A DNA stretch of 27,564 nucleotides from Oscillospiraceae bacterium. Lineage in GTDB: Bacteria > Bacillota > Clostridia > Oscillospirales > Oscillospiraceae. The position numbers and the translations under genes were made by a program. The stretch spans positions 1-27,564 of the forward strand of contig JBJDYV010000102.1 of assembly GCA_051867655.1 (NCBI GenBank). The letters are read 5' to 3'. Shown one piece after another: positions 9,739-18,082 of the stretch. The notes beneath the pieces are model-generated. The model was not told the origin of the DNA and did no database searches. It was given only the letters and a program-made list of their open reading frames with translations. Position 1 is the first letter of the stretch. Every line of letters starts with the position of its first letter.

Positions 9739-11583
9739 ATGGCAAATTACCCGCAAAACAATCCCCGTGTCAGCATCTATTCCGGCAGCGAGATCCAGGC
9801 CCACGTGTCCGGCTATATCCCCCAGCCCCAGGCCGTGCCCTACGGCACCGACGTCAAGGGCATGTACTTCGACGGCTATCCCCAGATCATCAAGTCCGAC
9901 CTGGCGGAGCCGGCCTACGGGATCAAGGTGGAAAAGGACGTTATGGTGCCTATGCGCGACGGTGTGCGCATCGCTATTGACGTTTACCACCCCGATGTAG
10001 AGGGAGAAAAGTTCCCCGTCATCCTCTGCTGGGGTGAGTGGGGCAAGGACAGCCAGGACATCGTCTCCTGGATGAAGGACACCCCCCAGCTGTATCTGGA
10101 CTCCCCCTTCTGGAACGGCAGCATCGAAGGGTGCGACTACACCTACACCGTCCCCCGCGGCTACATCCATGTGATCGCGGAGCCCCGCGGCCTGGGCAAT
10201 TCCGAGGGCGTCAACCTGGGTGACTCCACCCTTCACGACCGCCGGGACATCTACGACACCGTCGAGTGGATCGCGGCGCAGCCCTGGTGCACCGGCAAGG
10301 TGGTCATGATGGGCCCGTCCTCCTACTCCCGTGCCCAGCTGCAGGCCGGCCAGGAGCCCGCCCCCCATCTGGTGGCTCTGCGCCCCGACGAGGCCCCCGA
10401 GCCCTTTGCCGCCGAAAATTTCACCGGCATCTTTGACCCCCTGCTGTATAACGTTCACGCCGGTATCCACGCCTATGACCAACTGCCCCCGGTGTCCTAC
10501 ACCCAGCCCGAGCAGCGGATGCAGCCCCGGTTTCTCTCTCAGTACACCAAGGAGGAACAGAAGGAAAAGCTCCAGGAGCTGCTGGACGACCCGGATGTCA
10601 AATACAACCTGAAGTTCTATCCCGAGGTGCGCTATCCCGCCAGTTCTTCCACACTGGTGGACGACCTGCTCTACTTCAAGCACCCCACCCCGGTGGATAA
10701 CGGCTTCCAGAATATCAAGGTCCCCCTGTACATCGGTACCGCCTGGAACAACCGCCTGTACGAGTGGGGCACCTTTGAGGCCTTTCGCAAGGCCGATGTG
10801 CCGGAGGACCAGAAAAAGCTGATCGTGTACCCGCCCCTGTTCCCCTCCCGCCCCTACGCCTGGTATCACGACGAGGGCGTGCGCTGGTTCGACTACTGGG
10901 TCAAGGGCATCGACAACGGCATCATGGACGAGCCCCGGGTCAAGATCTTCGTCATGGGCGTCAACAAGTGGAAGTTTGAAAACGAGTGGCCCCTGGCCCG
11001 GACGCAGTACACCAAGTTCTACCTGCATCCCCAGGGCGGCCTGAGCACCGAGCCCGCCGCTGCCGGCAGCGAGCCGGAAACCTTCACCCAGCCCGCCCCC
11101 TACATGGACCCCACCGTCTACTGCCTGCGCTACAGCACGGACGCCTTTACCGAGGACACCGAGGTCATCGGCGAGCTGGCCCTTCATCTGGACGCAGCCA
11201 TCGACATCGACGACACCAACTGGATCGCGGACGTTCTGGACGTGGACCCCGAGGGCAATCGCTTTATGATCAGCTCCGGACACCTGAAGGCGAAGTTCCG
11301 CGCTCTGGACGAGGAAAAGTCCCTGCCTCACCGTCCGGTGCACCCGCGCCAGGAGCCCGTGCCCGTCGTTCCCGGCGAGGTGAACCGGTACGACATCGCC
11401 CTGGTGCCCACGGCCAACGTGTTCCAGAAGGGGCACCGTATGGAGCTCGTCATCCGCAACCAGGACGACATGCTGGGCAAGCTGGCCAAGAACGGCGTGT
11501 ACCTGATGCCCTTCATGCGCACTGCTACCCACTCCATCCACTTCGGCGAATCCCATCTGCTGGTGCCCGTCATCCCCAAGTAA
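9739..11583 (+). CDS. CocE/NonD-family alpha/beta hydrolase (S15 X-Pro dipeptidyl-peptidase-like).
   Basis: At 614 aa it has the N-terminal block typical of the family (PMRDGVRIAIDVYHPD...FPVIL), the VVMMGPSSYS nucleophile region and a C-terminal beta-sandwich. A GAGAGGAG RBS is present. Confidence 0.75.
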   Translation: MANYPQNNPRVSIYSGSEIQAHVSGYIPQPQAVPYGTDVKGMYFDGYPQIIKSDLAEPAYGIKVEKDVMVPMRDGVRIAIDVYHPDVEGEKFPVILCWGEWGKDSQDIVSWMKDTPQLYLDSPFWNGSIEGCDYTYTVPRGYIHVIAEPRGLGNSEGVNLGDSTLHDRRDIYDTVEWIAAQPWCTGKVVMMGPSSYSRAQLQAGQEPAPHLVALRPDEAPEPFAAENFTGIFDPLLYNVHAGIHAYDQLPPVSYTQPEQRMQPRFLSQYTKEEQKEKLQELLDDPDVKYNLKFYPEVRYPASSSTLVDDLLYFKHPTPVDNGFQNIKVPLYIGTAWNNRLYEWGTFEAFRKADVPEDQKKLIVYPPLFPSRPYAWYHDEGVRWFDYWVKGIDNGIMDEPRVKIFVMGVNKWKFENEWPLARTQYTKFYLHPQGGLSTEPAAAGSEPETFTQPAPYMDPTVYCLRYSTDAFTEDTEVIGELALHLDAAIDIDDTNWIADVLDVDPEGNRFMISSGHLKAKFRALDEEKSLPHRPVHPRQEPVPVVPGEVNRYDIALVPTANVFQKGHRMELVIRNQDDMLGKLAKNGVYLMPFMRTATHSIHFGESHLLVPVIPK

Positions 11584-11686
11584 GCCGCTTTTTATGACCG
11601 CTAAATTGCCCGCTTTTTCGCGCACCAAGTTTTTCAGTTTCAAACAGACATACCTTGTGCCGTAAAAAATTAGGAGGGAATTTATC

Positions 11687-13000
11687 ATGTCACAACCCAT
11701 TCAGAACAAACCCCGGGCAAAGACCAATTTCAACTACGGCGTTCACGGCTGGCTGCTGATGATCTACGGCCTGGTCGGCTTCATGACCGCCGCTGCCTTC
11801 TGGACCTCCACCGCCCAGAACACCGCCGTGGGCATCCTGGCCCAGCAGATCGGCGTGGAGGACTCCACCCTGCTGTACTGGTGCTCCGTGGCCGGCGTGC
11901 TGTCCGTCATCGCCATGCTTTTCGTCGGCATGCTCTTTTCCAAGTTCAAAACCCGCAAAATGAATACGATCGTCATGGTGATCACCGGCGCGTTCCTGAT
12001 CGCCTACGGCCGGATCACCACCCTGTGGGCCTATGTGGTGTGCTACTTCTTCATCTATCTGCTCACCTCCACCACCGCCGCCATCGGTATTCCCCAGATC
12101 TACACCAGCTATTTCCCCACCAAGAAGGGTTCCATCATGGGCTGGGCCACCTGCGGCGCTTCCCTGGCCGCGCTGGTCGCCCTGAATGTCCTCAACTGGC
12201 TGGTGGGCAAAGGCGGCTGGGCCATGGGCACCCTGGTCTTTGGTATTTTCTCCATCGTCATGGGTCTGATCAACTGGTTCTTCATCCCCGACACCCCCGA
12301 GCAGATGGGCGTGCTCCCCGACAACGGCGACTTTGACGAGGAGGAGATGCGCCAGCGCAAGGAGGTCCTGGCCTCCTCCAAGCCGGTCTGGACCGTCCGT
12401 GAGGGCATGCGCAACAAGAACTTCTGGCTGCTGCCCATTGCCTACGGCCTGCTGTTCCTGGTCAACGTGGGTATCGTCTCCCAGCTGGTGAAATATGAGA
12501 TCTCCATGGGCCTGACTCCCGCCCAGGCGGTCAAGTTCATGTCGCTCATGCCCCTGTTCGCCGTGCCCGGCAGCATCTTCTCCGGCTGGCTGGACCAGAA
12601 GATCGGCGCCCGCCGCAGCGGCATTGTTCTGGCGATCTTCTTTGCCATCGGCACCTTCTTCGGCGGTTTCGCCCCCTACAACAGCGTGACCAACTGGCTG
12701 TTCTTCGGCTTCTCCATTTTCTGGGGCGGCGCCATCTCCAATCTGCCCCAGAGCCACGCCTGCTCCTGCTTCGGCTTCCGCGACTACCCCGCTCTGTGGG
12801 CCCGCATGAACCCCATCATGGCCCTGATCCGGGTTCTCAGCTCCTCTGTCCTGGCCTTTGCCCTGGCAAATCTGAACGGCTACCGCTCCGCGTATCAGAT
12901 CTTCATGGTCTGCGCCATCGCGGCGGGGGTCATGCTCTTCTTCTCGGACAACCAGGTCTTCAAGAAGCCCGGCGAGGCCCCCACCGGCGCGCTCAAGTAA
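11687..13000 (+). CDS. MFS-superfamily transporter.
   Basis: The 437-aa protein has 12 predicted hydrophobic helices in a 6+6 arrangement with a central cytoplasmic loop (DEEEMRQRKEV). An AGGAGGG RBS is present. Confidence 0.75.
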   Translation: MSQPIQNKPRAKTNFNYGVHGWLLMIYGLVGFMTAAAFWTSTAQNTAVGILAQQIGVEDSTLLYWCSVAGVLSVIAMLFVGMLFSKFKTRKMNTIVMVITGAFLIAYGRITTLWAYVVCYFFIYLLTSTTAAIGIPQIYTSYFPTKKGSIMGWATCGASLAALVALNVLNWLVGKGGWAMGTLVFGIFSIVMGLINWFFIPDTPEQMGVLPDNGDFDEEEMRQRKEVLASSKPVWTVREGMRNKNFWLLPIAYGLLFLVNVGIVSQLVKYEISMGLTPAQAVKFMSLMPLFAVPGSIFSGWLDQKIGARRSGIVLAIFFAIGTFFGGFAPYNSVTNWLFFGFSIFWGGAISNLPQSHACSCFGFRDYPALWARMNPIMALIRVLSSSVLAFALANLNGYRSAYQIFMVCAIAAGVMLFFSDNQVFKKPGEAPTGALK

Positions 13001-13040
13001 TCCTCTCGTTCTTTCATTTGCCCATCAGATCATGCGGCAC

Positions 13041-13086
13041 AAAAACCTCCCGCGCGGCAGAAAGGTGCCGCACGGGAGGTTTTTTA
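13041..13086. terminator. Bidirectional intrinsic terminator (AAAAACCTCCCG...CGGGAGGTTTTTT) between the MFS gene and the dipeptidase gene.
   Basis: An inverted repeat is flanked by A-run and T-run. Confidence 0.8.
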
Positions 13087-14076
13087 CAGCCATTTTTTAA
13101 AAAATGAAAACCAGTTTTCCCCGGCGATCCCGGAGCGTTCCTCCGGCGTATAGCCCCGGTGCGCCAGCTCCCGCAGGAAATCGGGCACCGCGCTGTGGTC
13201 GCTCAGGATATCAAAGGCGGCCATGGTCACGCCCGCGGAGGTAAAGGTGCGGTCCGCGCTGCCGATGCGCTCCATCAGATCCAGCCCCAGGCCCAGGCGG
13301 GCGGACCCAATCCGGGAGCGCAGATAGTCCGTATGGTCCGCCAGGGCGGACACGGTGGCCGCCTGGGTGGTGCCCGCCACCAGGCCGCTGTACCCGTTGA
13401 CGCCGACCATCCCGTCCAAAGCCGCAATGGCCGCGATGGTCCGGTCGCTGAGATTGCGGTCCATGGGCCGCAGGGCCCGGGCGTTGGAGTGGGAGGCGAA
13501 GAAGGGCCGTTCGCTGAGCTCGGCCACATCGGCGCAGCCGCCGTCGTTCAGGTGGGACACATCCACCAGCATCCCCAGCCGTCCCGCCCGGCGCACCAGT
13601 TCCTTTCCCAGCGGCTTCAGGCCGCAGGCGTCCGTGGGCCCGTTTGGGTCGTAGCCGCCGCCGTAGCCCACCCGGTTCTCCCGGCTCCAGCACAGGCCCA
13701 GCAACCGCACGCCTTTGGCGTAGAACTCCTCCATCGTGCCGGGGTCCGCGCCGATGGGCTCCGCCCCCTCCAGGGAGAGCAGCAGCGCCGTCCTGCCCTG
13801 CTGCCTGGCCCGCGCCAATTCCGCGCCGGTGGTGCACAGAACTGCCTTGTCTTGCACCTCCTCCAGTTCGCGCTCCAAAGCGTCGAGCTGTGCCAGAGCC
13901 TCCCGGTAGTAATCCTCATCGCTATTCATGGTGTCCAGATAGACGGCGGCCACGATCAGCCCCACACCCGCCGCCTGCCAGCGGGGGATATAGTAGTCTC
14001 TCAAAACGTGGGCCTGTCCCGCCCGCCGGCAGCGCAGCAGGTCCATGCCCAAATCGAGATGTGCGTCCGAAATCAT
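13084..14076 (-). CDS. M19-family membrane (renal-type) dipeptidase.
   Basis: The N-terminal DAHLDLGMDLL (HxD zinc ligands) and overall M19 layout match. An AAGAGGGAG RBS precedes the ATG at 14076; the upstream in-frame ATG at 14100 lies inside the RBS. Confidence 0.8.
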   Translation of the reverse strand: MISDAHLDLGMDLLRCRRAGQAHVLRDYYIPRWQAAGVGLIVAAVYLDTMNSDEDYYREALAQLDALERELEEVQDKAVLCTTGAELARARQQGRTALLLSLEGAEPIGADPGTMEEFYAKGVRLLGLCWSRENRVGYGGGYDPNGPTDACGLKPLGKELVRRAGRLGMLVDVSHLNDGGCADVAELSERPFFASHSNARALRPMDRNLSDRTIAAIAALDGMVGVNGYSGLVAGTTQAATVSALADHTDYLRSRIGSARLGLGLDLMERIGSADRTFTSAGVTMAAFDILSDHSAVPDFLRELAHRGYTPEERSGIAGENWFSFFKKWL

Positions 14077-14109
14077 GGATACTCCCTCTTTTCGATCCAA
14101 ACGATAAAG

Positions 14110-14150
14110 CCAGCCCGCACCCCGCTCATGGGGTGCGGGCCGCTTTTAGT
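14110..14150 (-). terminator. Intrinsic terminator hairpin (GCCCGCACCCC-GCTCAT-GGGGTGCGGGC) downstream of the SSB-like gene.
   Basis: A perfect 11-bp stem is followed by a U-rich tract on the minus strand. Confidence 0.6.
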
Positions 14151-14172
14151 ATCCTCCGGAAGGGGTTCCTTG

Positions 14173-14784
14173 TCAAGTGTCGCGCTCCACCGGCTCCAGG
14201 GACATGACCGACACCTCAAAGGCCGTGCGGCGCACGCTCTCGCCGTTTTCCTCCTTGGTGTACTCCCGGCTTTGAAGCCGTCCATTCAGCTTCAGCCCGT
14301 CGCCCACCTCCAGCTGACCGCACCAGGCGGCCAGGCCGCCCCATGCGATACAAGGTAAGTAATCCGCCCGCCCGTATTTCCGGTTGACCGCCAGCATCAT
14401 GTCGCAAATCTCCCGGCCCAGGGGCGTGCGGCGCACCACAGTCGGCTTGCACAGCACGCCGGCCAGAGTCAGTTCGTTCTTGTGGGGACCGTCTCCGGGC
14501 TCCAGCGTCCGGGCATAGACCGTGATGACCAGCTTGCTGCCCGTTCCGCTGCGGTTGTTGTAGGAGCGCACCTCGCCCTCCACCGCCAGCGTCACCCCCG
14601 GCTCCACCGCGGTCTGCCGGAGCAGGGGTTCGGCGGCCACAATGTTCAGCACGTCCTCCACACCGGACAAGCGGCTGACCCGCAGGGGAAATTGAAAATA
14701 GGAAACGCCGTGATTCTCATGGGACAGGACTGCGGGGCCGCCTGCCAGCCCCACCAGGGAAATATGGTTTTCATTCCACGCCAT
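14173..14784 (-). CDS. Single-stranded DNA-binding protein-like (two OB-fold-like halves).
   Basis: The C-terminal half resembles an SSB OB-fold (ICDMMLAVNR...LPCIAWGGLA...GDGLKLNGRLQSREYT.ENGE.VRRTAFEV), and the N-terminal half looks like a second divergent OB fold. The start is uncertain between 14784 and 14820. Confidence 0.5.
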   Translation of the reverse strand: MAWNENHISLVGLAGGPAVLSHENHGVSYFQFPLRVSRLSGVEDVLNIVAAEPLLRQTAVEPGVTLAVEGEVRSYNNRSGTGSKLVITVYARTLEPGDGPHKNELTLAGVLCKPTVVRRTPLGREICDMMLAVNRKYGRADYLPCIAWGGLAAWCGQLEVGDGLKLNGRLQSREYTKEENGESVRRTAFEVSVMSLEPVERDT

Positions 14785-14847
14785 CTGCACGTTTGCCACG
14801 CATCCTCTCGCTGTCTGCATGTGGCATTCTATGCGAAAAAGCCCGGC

Positions 14848-14857
14848 GGTATGCCCG
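14848..14857. repeat. Left target-site duplication (GGTATGCCCG) of the inserted element.
   Basis: An identical 10-mer at 21071-21080 abuts the other end. Joining the flanks rebuilds the hairpin AGCCCGGCGGTATGCCCGCCGGGCT, which is present intact at 21568-21598. Confidence 0.75.
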
Positions 14858-14884
14858 CAATGTCAATAAGTTAGGCTGAATCAA

Positions 14885-14909
14885 GGGCCAGATGCTTCGC
14901 ATCTGGCCC
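14885..14909 (+). terminator. Subterminal hairpin just inside the left IR (GGGCCAGATGC-TTC-GCATCTGGCCC). It may insulate the element from read-in transcription.
   Basis: A perfect 11-bp stem lies 27 bp inside the element end. Confidence 0.45.
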
Positions 14910-14995
14910 TTAACACTTTTCTCAAACCCAAGGAGGGCGTTAATTTGTATGCTTTGCTATTGAACTCTGTTCACAAAAGGTTTACATACCACTCA

Positions 14996-15024
14996 TTGAC
15001 AAAATCCTTTTTTCAGTTATACTA
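14996..15024 (+). promoter_or_regulatory. Sigma70-like promoter (TTGACA-16/17-TATACT) inside the element. It drives the leader, the 146-aa ORF and the transposase.
   Basis: It has a consensus -35 and a near-consensus -10. Confidence 0.55.
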
Positions 15025-15142
15025 TGAGTGGCCTTGGTAGCCCAGATAGTTGAGATTTTTGAATTTATTTGTTTTATCGTTTGTTTTATTTAGCCTGAAT
15101 TTTTAAAAACGCCGAGTTGCTATCAATGTGAAGTGTGATATG

Positions 15143-15212
15143 CACCGCGCACGATAAGATGTTTGTCCCGTTGTCGGAGGGGACGCATCTTTCGTGCGCG
15201 GTTTTTGTTTTT
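15143..15212 (+). terminator. Intrinsic terminator or attenuator at the end of a roughly 190-nt U-rich leader. The long stem is CACCGCGCACGATAAGATG...CATCTTTCGTGCGCGG with a nested GTCCC/GGGAC hairpin, followed by TTTTTGTTTTT.
   Basis: An imperfect 17-bp stem is followed by a T-run. It sits between the promoter at 14996 and the RBS of the 15303 ORF. Confidence 0.55.
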
Positions 15213-15302
15213 CCTTTCCAATCACAGGAGCAGACAGGCCTCGGAAGCTGGCTGTCCTGTGCGAGTATCGCTTCCGAATGGAACCAAATGGAGGATAAGT
15301 TG

Positions 15303-15743
15303 ATGAATAAATATAAGATTTTGCGTGTTTTTCTGGCTGTTTTCGTGTCCACCCTCGATGTTTTTGAGAAGGCGGTTTGGGTTGACCTTTCCGCTGATCG
15401 TGACACTTTGGAAGAAGTTGCCGCTGACAAGGCTGCTGTTTTAACCGAGGCTACTAAGGCTCTTATTTGGGAGGCTATCGGTTGCGCCGCTCCTGATATA
15501 AAGGGGGCTTATGTCGAGGTTATGGTTGAGAACCTTGCTTTCGATGGTTACTACAAGGCAGCTGTTCTTCCGCCTGACGTTGCTTTCGATGGTTGGACAC
15601 CTGAACTCAGCGACATGGTGAATGAAAACAGCGGCCTGATAAAAAAAGACTTGACGGCAATGCTGACCGACATGACAACGGCCTACCTCGGTGGTGATAA
15701 CGGAAGGAGCGATCCACATTATGAGATACGTCGCCGCGACTAA
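15303..15743 (+). CDS. Hypothetical 146-aa protein with a hydrophobic N-terminus. Its 3' end overlaps the transposase start by 23 nt.
   Basis: A GGAGGA RBS lies 7 nt before the ATG. I recognise no family signature. The N-terminal hydrophobic stretch (ILRVFLAVFVSTL) suggests a signal or anchor sequence. Confidence 0.45.
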   Translation: MNKYKILRVFLAVFVSTLDVFEKAVWVDLSADRDTLEEVAADKAAVLTEATKALIWEAIGCAAPDIKGAYVEVMVENLAFDGYYKAAVLPPDVAFDGWTPELSDMVNENSGLIKKDLTAMLTDMTTAYLGGDNGRSDPHYEIRRRD

Positions 15744-17013
15744 GGCTGCCCTCGCTGATGCAATCCGCGAGACGGCGGAACAGCATAGCGATGGCAAGCA
15801 GTTCAGTCGTCAGCGTAAGCTGACGCTGGACACCATGCTCCGTTTGCTGATCGGCGCGGAGGGCGGCTCTCTGGCTAAAGTTCTTCGTGAGGCGGGGGTC
15901 GAGGCGACCCCCGCCGCCCTCTCCCAGCGTCGTTCTCAGATTGACCCCAGCGTATTCCGCGAGGTGTTTACGCGCTTCAATGCAGCCTGTACCGATAACG
16001 AAACATTTCATGGCTACCGTGTCCTTGCTGTGGACGGAACCGTGGTTAATATGCCCCGCAACCCAGATGCACCAAGTTTCATACAAAACGACAGTGCGCC
16101 TGCTGGCTACAACCAAATGTTTCTGGTTCCGTTGCTAGACCTTAGAAACTACTGTTATGTAGATGCCGAGGTGACTCCTGCCCCTCAGAAAGACGAAATC
16201 GGTTCCTTGATAACAATGCTTAACCGCAATGACTTCGACAGAAAAACCCTCATTATTGCTGATCGCGGTTATGAGAGCTACAACCTCATAGCACACCTGC
16301 TCAAGAAGCCAAACACGGACTTTCTAATCCGCGTGAAGCAAAATCGCTCTGCAATGCGTGAAGTAGCACGGTTACCCATGCTTGAACTGGACTGCCAGAT
16401 TTCATTTTCCATCTGTACCACTCAAAAAAATTCCGACAAGCAGAACAAAAACTACGTCTTTTTGCAAGTCCCTAAGAAGAGCAAGCCGGAATCAAAAACG
16501 CGCCGTGGGCGCTGGGATCACGATAACTATTTCCCGATGCGGTTTAGAATTTGCCGTTTTCAGCTTGATGCTGGGAACTATGAGACCATTGCGACATCGT
16601 TACCCCAATCCTTCACTTTAGAGGATATAAAGGCCCTTTACCACATGCGCTGGGGCATTGAGACCAGCTTCCGCGATCTCAAGTACACCGTTGGACTTGT
16701 TCATCTTCATGGAAAAAGCGACCAGTTTGTTGAGCAAGAGATATACGCGGCCTTAACCGCTTTTAACTTCGCCAGCCGGATTGTCCGCGAGGTCGTGATC
16801 CAGCAACCGAAAGATGGCGTATATGCTTATCGCGTGAACTTCAAAAACGCTGTGGCGCTTGTGAAAGAGCATATTCGCAACCCGGAATTAGACAACGATA
16901 CACTTGTCCGGGAGATTGCAAAACACACTATTCCGATTAGACCGGGGCGGCAGGATCGCCGCAATCTCAAAGTCAAAGGCTTTGTGGGCTTTACCTATCG
17001 AATTGCAGCCTAA
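15721..17013 (+). CDS. IS4-family (DDE_Tnp_1) transposase.
   Basis: The C-terminus has the diagnostic YHMRWGIETSFRDLK (Y-2-R-3-E-6-K) block. Spaced D, D, E residues (ILAVDGT; IIADRGY) and an N-terminal FSRQRKLT-type motif are present. A GGAAGGAG RBS is present. Confidence 0.85.
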   Translation: MRYVAATKAALADAIRETAEQHSDGKQFSRQRKLTLDTMLRLLIGAEGGSLAKVLREAGVEATPAALSQRRSQIDPSVFREVFTRFNAACTDNETFHGYRVLAVDGTVVNMPRNPDAPSFIQNDSAPAGYNQMFLVPLLDLRNYCYVDAEVTPAPQKDEIGSLITMLNRNDFDRKTLIIADRGYESYNLIAHLLKKPNTDFLIRVKQNRSAMREVARLPMLELDCQISFSICTTQKNSDKQNKNYVFLQVPKKSKPESKTRRGRWDHDNYFPMRFRICRFQLDAGNYETIATSLPQSFTLEDIKALYHMRWGIETSFRDLKYTVGLVHLHGKSDQFVEQEIYAALTAFNFASRIVREVVIQQPKDGVYAYRVNFKNAVALVKEHIRNPELDNDTLVREIAKHTIPIRPGRQDRRNLKVKGFVGFTYRIAA

Positions 17014-17503
17014 CCCGAAAAAAGACAGGGGGCGCTTCCAGACGGAAGTGCCCCCTGTTGGCATTTATTTTTTGAAAACCCTGTTTTTGGCGTTCAAAAG
17101 GGGCTATTTTCAAAAAATAAATGTGTGCCCTATCTCAATAGACCAGAAAAGCCACCGAAATAGTGGAACGCCTGTCAGCCGATTTCAACAAGTATTGCAA
17201 ATCTGGCAGAAAAGAGCCTGTCTCCCTGCAAAACTGAATAGGAATGTCAATCGCAGTTTTTGAGCAAAGAATCAACTAGCCGGACAGATGCAGTAAAAAT
17301 AGAGGTTGTGAGTTTTTAAGGGGTGGGCATTTTTTGAAAAATCAGCCGCTCCGGTGTCCGTTAACTTAAGGAAATCGTAGAACTATCAACTAGCTGGCAA
17401 AAAGTATTAGAAATTAGCGCTGTTTACAAAAAATCGCGATAGCGCACCTCTTTTCAAACTTCGCAATAACTTGCGAAAAAAATAATTTTTTTGAGAAACT
17501 ATA

Positions 17504-17532
17504 TTGAATTTTGTCGCAGATTGGAATATCAT
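17504..17532 (+). promoter_or_regulatory. Sigma70-like promoter (TTGAAT-17-TATCAT) for the cargo operon. A small palindrome, CGCAATAACTTGCG, lies about 30 bp upstream.
   Basis: The hexamers sit 39 bp upstream of the XRE gene start. The palindrome is at 17463-17476. Confidence 0.5.
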
Positions 17533-17570
17533 AAAATTGTCCATTTAACTTCCAGTATGAGGTTTATATT

Positions 17571-17786
17571 ATGAAAATCAGCTACAAGAAATTGTGGATC
17601 ACGCTGATCGAGCGGGATATTAGTCCTGCCACGCTCCGCAAAGACTTGAATATTGCTACCGGAACAATGACAAAGATGCGCCGGAATGAGGAAGTGGCAC
17701 TGTCTGTCCTGTTGCGGATATGCGAGTATCTGGATTGCAATATTGGCGATATTTGCGATGCTGTAAGAGTAACTGAAGAAATGTAA
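17571..17786 (+). CDS. Small XRE/Cro-C1-type helix-turn-helix transcriptional regulator (HTH_26-like, 71 aa).
   Basis: The pattern MKISYKKLWITLIERDISPATLRKDLNIATGTMTKMRRNEEVALSVLLRICEYLDCNIGDI matches short stand-alone Cro-like HTH proteins. Confidence 0.8.
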   Translation: MKISYKKLWITLIERDISPATLRKDLNIATGTMTKMRRNEEVALSVLLRICEYLDCNIGDICDAVRVTEEM

Positions 17787-17811
17787 ATAATGTTTGTGGA
17801 GGAATAATAAA

Positions 17812-18033
17812 ATGAAGAATATTCTGGAATTATTTGGTTCGGAAAGCAGCAAACCCAGTATTACGAAAAAAACTGGGATTTTAACGAAACCGGGAGATAG
17901 ATTGGAAGCATATATCACAAAGTCTGGAAGAAATGTGCTAAAAGTACAAAAAGACAACGGAAATTCCAAATATAGTATAACTCAATACCCAACTGGGACT
18001 ATTGTTGAAACAAAAGTGACAAAAAAGAAATGA
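17812..18033 (+). CDS. Hypothetical 73-aa Lys-rich protein.
   Basis: A GGAGGA RBS lies 8 nt before the ATG at 17812. Coding potential is good and no family is recognised. Confidence 0.5.
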   Translation: MKNILELFGSESSKPSITKKTGILTKPGDRLEAYITKSGRNVLKVQKDNGNSKYSITQYPTGTIVETKVTKKK

Positions 18034-18082
18034 TTTTGATAAGGCTGTTGCAGGGATTTTCGATTGAAGGAGTGAACTTACT

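Noticed and set aside
15030-15075. tRNA-like string GGCCTTGGTAGCCCAGATAGTTGAG at the start of the transposon leader.
   Set aside because: No cloverleaf can be drawn. There is no acceptor-stem complement, no T-loop GTTCRA and no anticodon arm of correct length. It only has a superficial resemblance to a D-loop.
15640-17030. Possible nested IS boundaries marked by the shared AAAAAAGAC at 15640s and 17020s, which would make the transposase a separate IS inserted into the 146-aa gene.
   Set aside because: The sequences just inside these candidate duplications, TTGACGGCAATG... and ...GCAGCCTAACCCG, are not inverted repeats of each other. The 146-aa reading frame is not visibly resumed after 17030.
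16904-17263. 119-aa ORF overlapping the transposase 3' end and extending into the non-coding tract.
   Set aside because: It has no RBS, lies in an alternative frame to the transposase C-terminus and continues through obvious hairpin and T-rich sequence. It is most likely spurious.
17014-17570. CRISPR array or tRNA gene in the long non-coding tract of the element.
   Set aside because: The repeats present (TTTTTTGAAAA, ATCAACTAGC) are short, few and irregularly spaced. There is no periodic repeat-spacer structure and no cas gene anywhere in the window.
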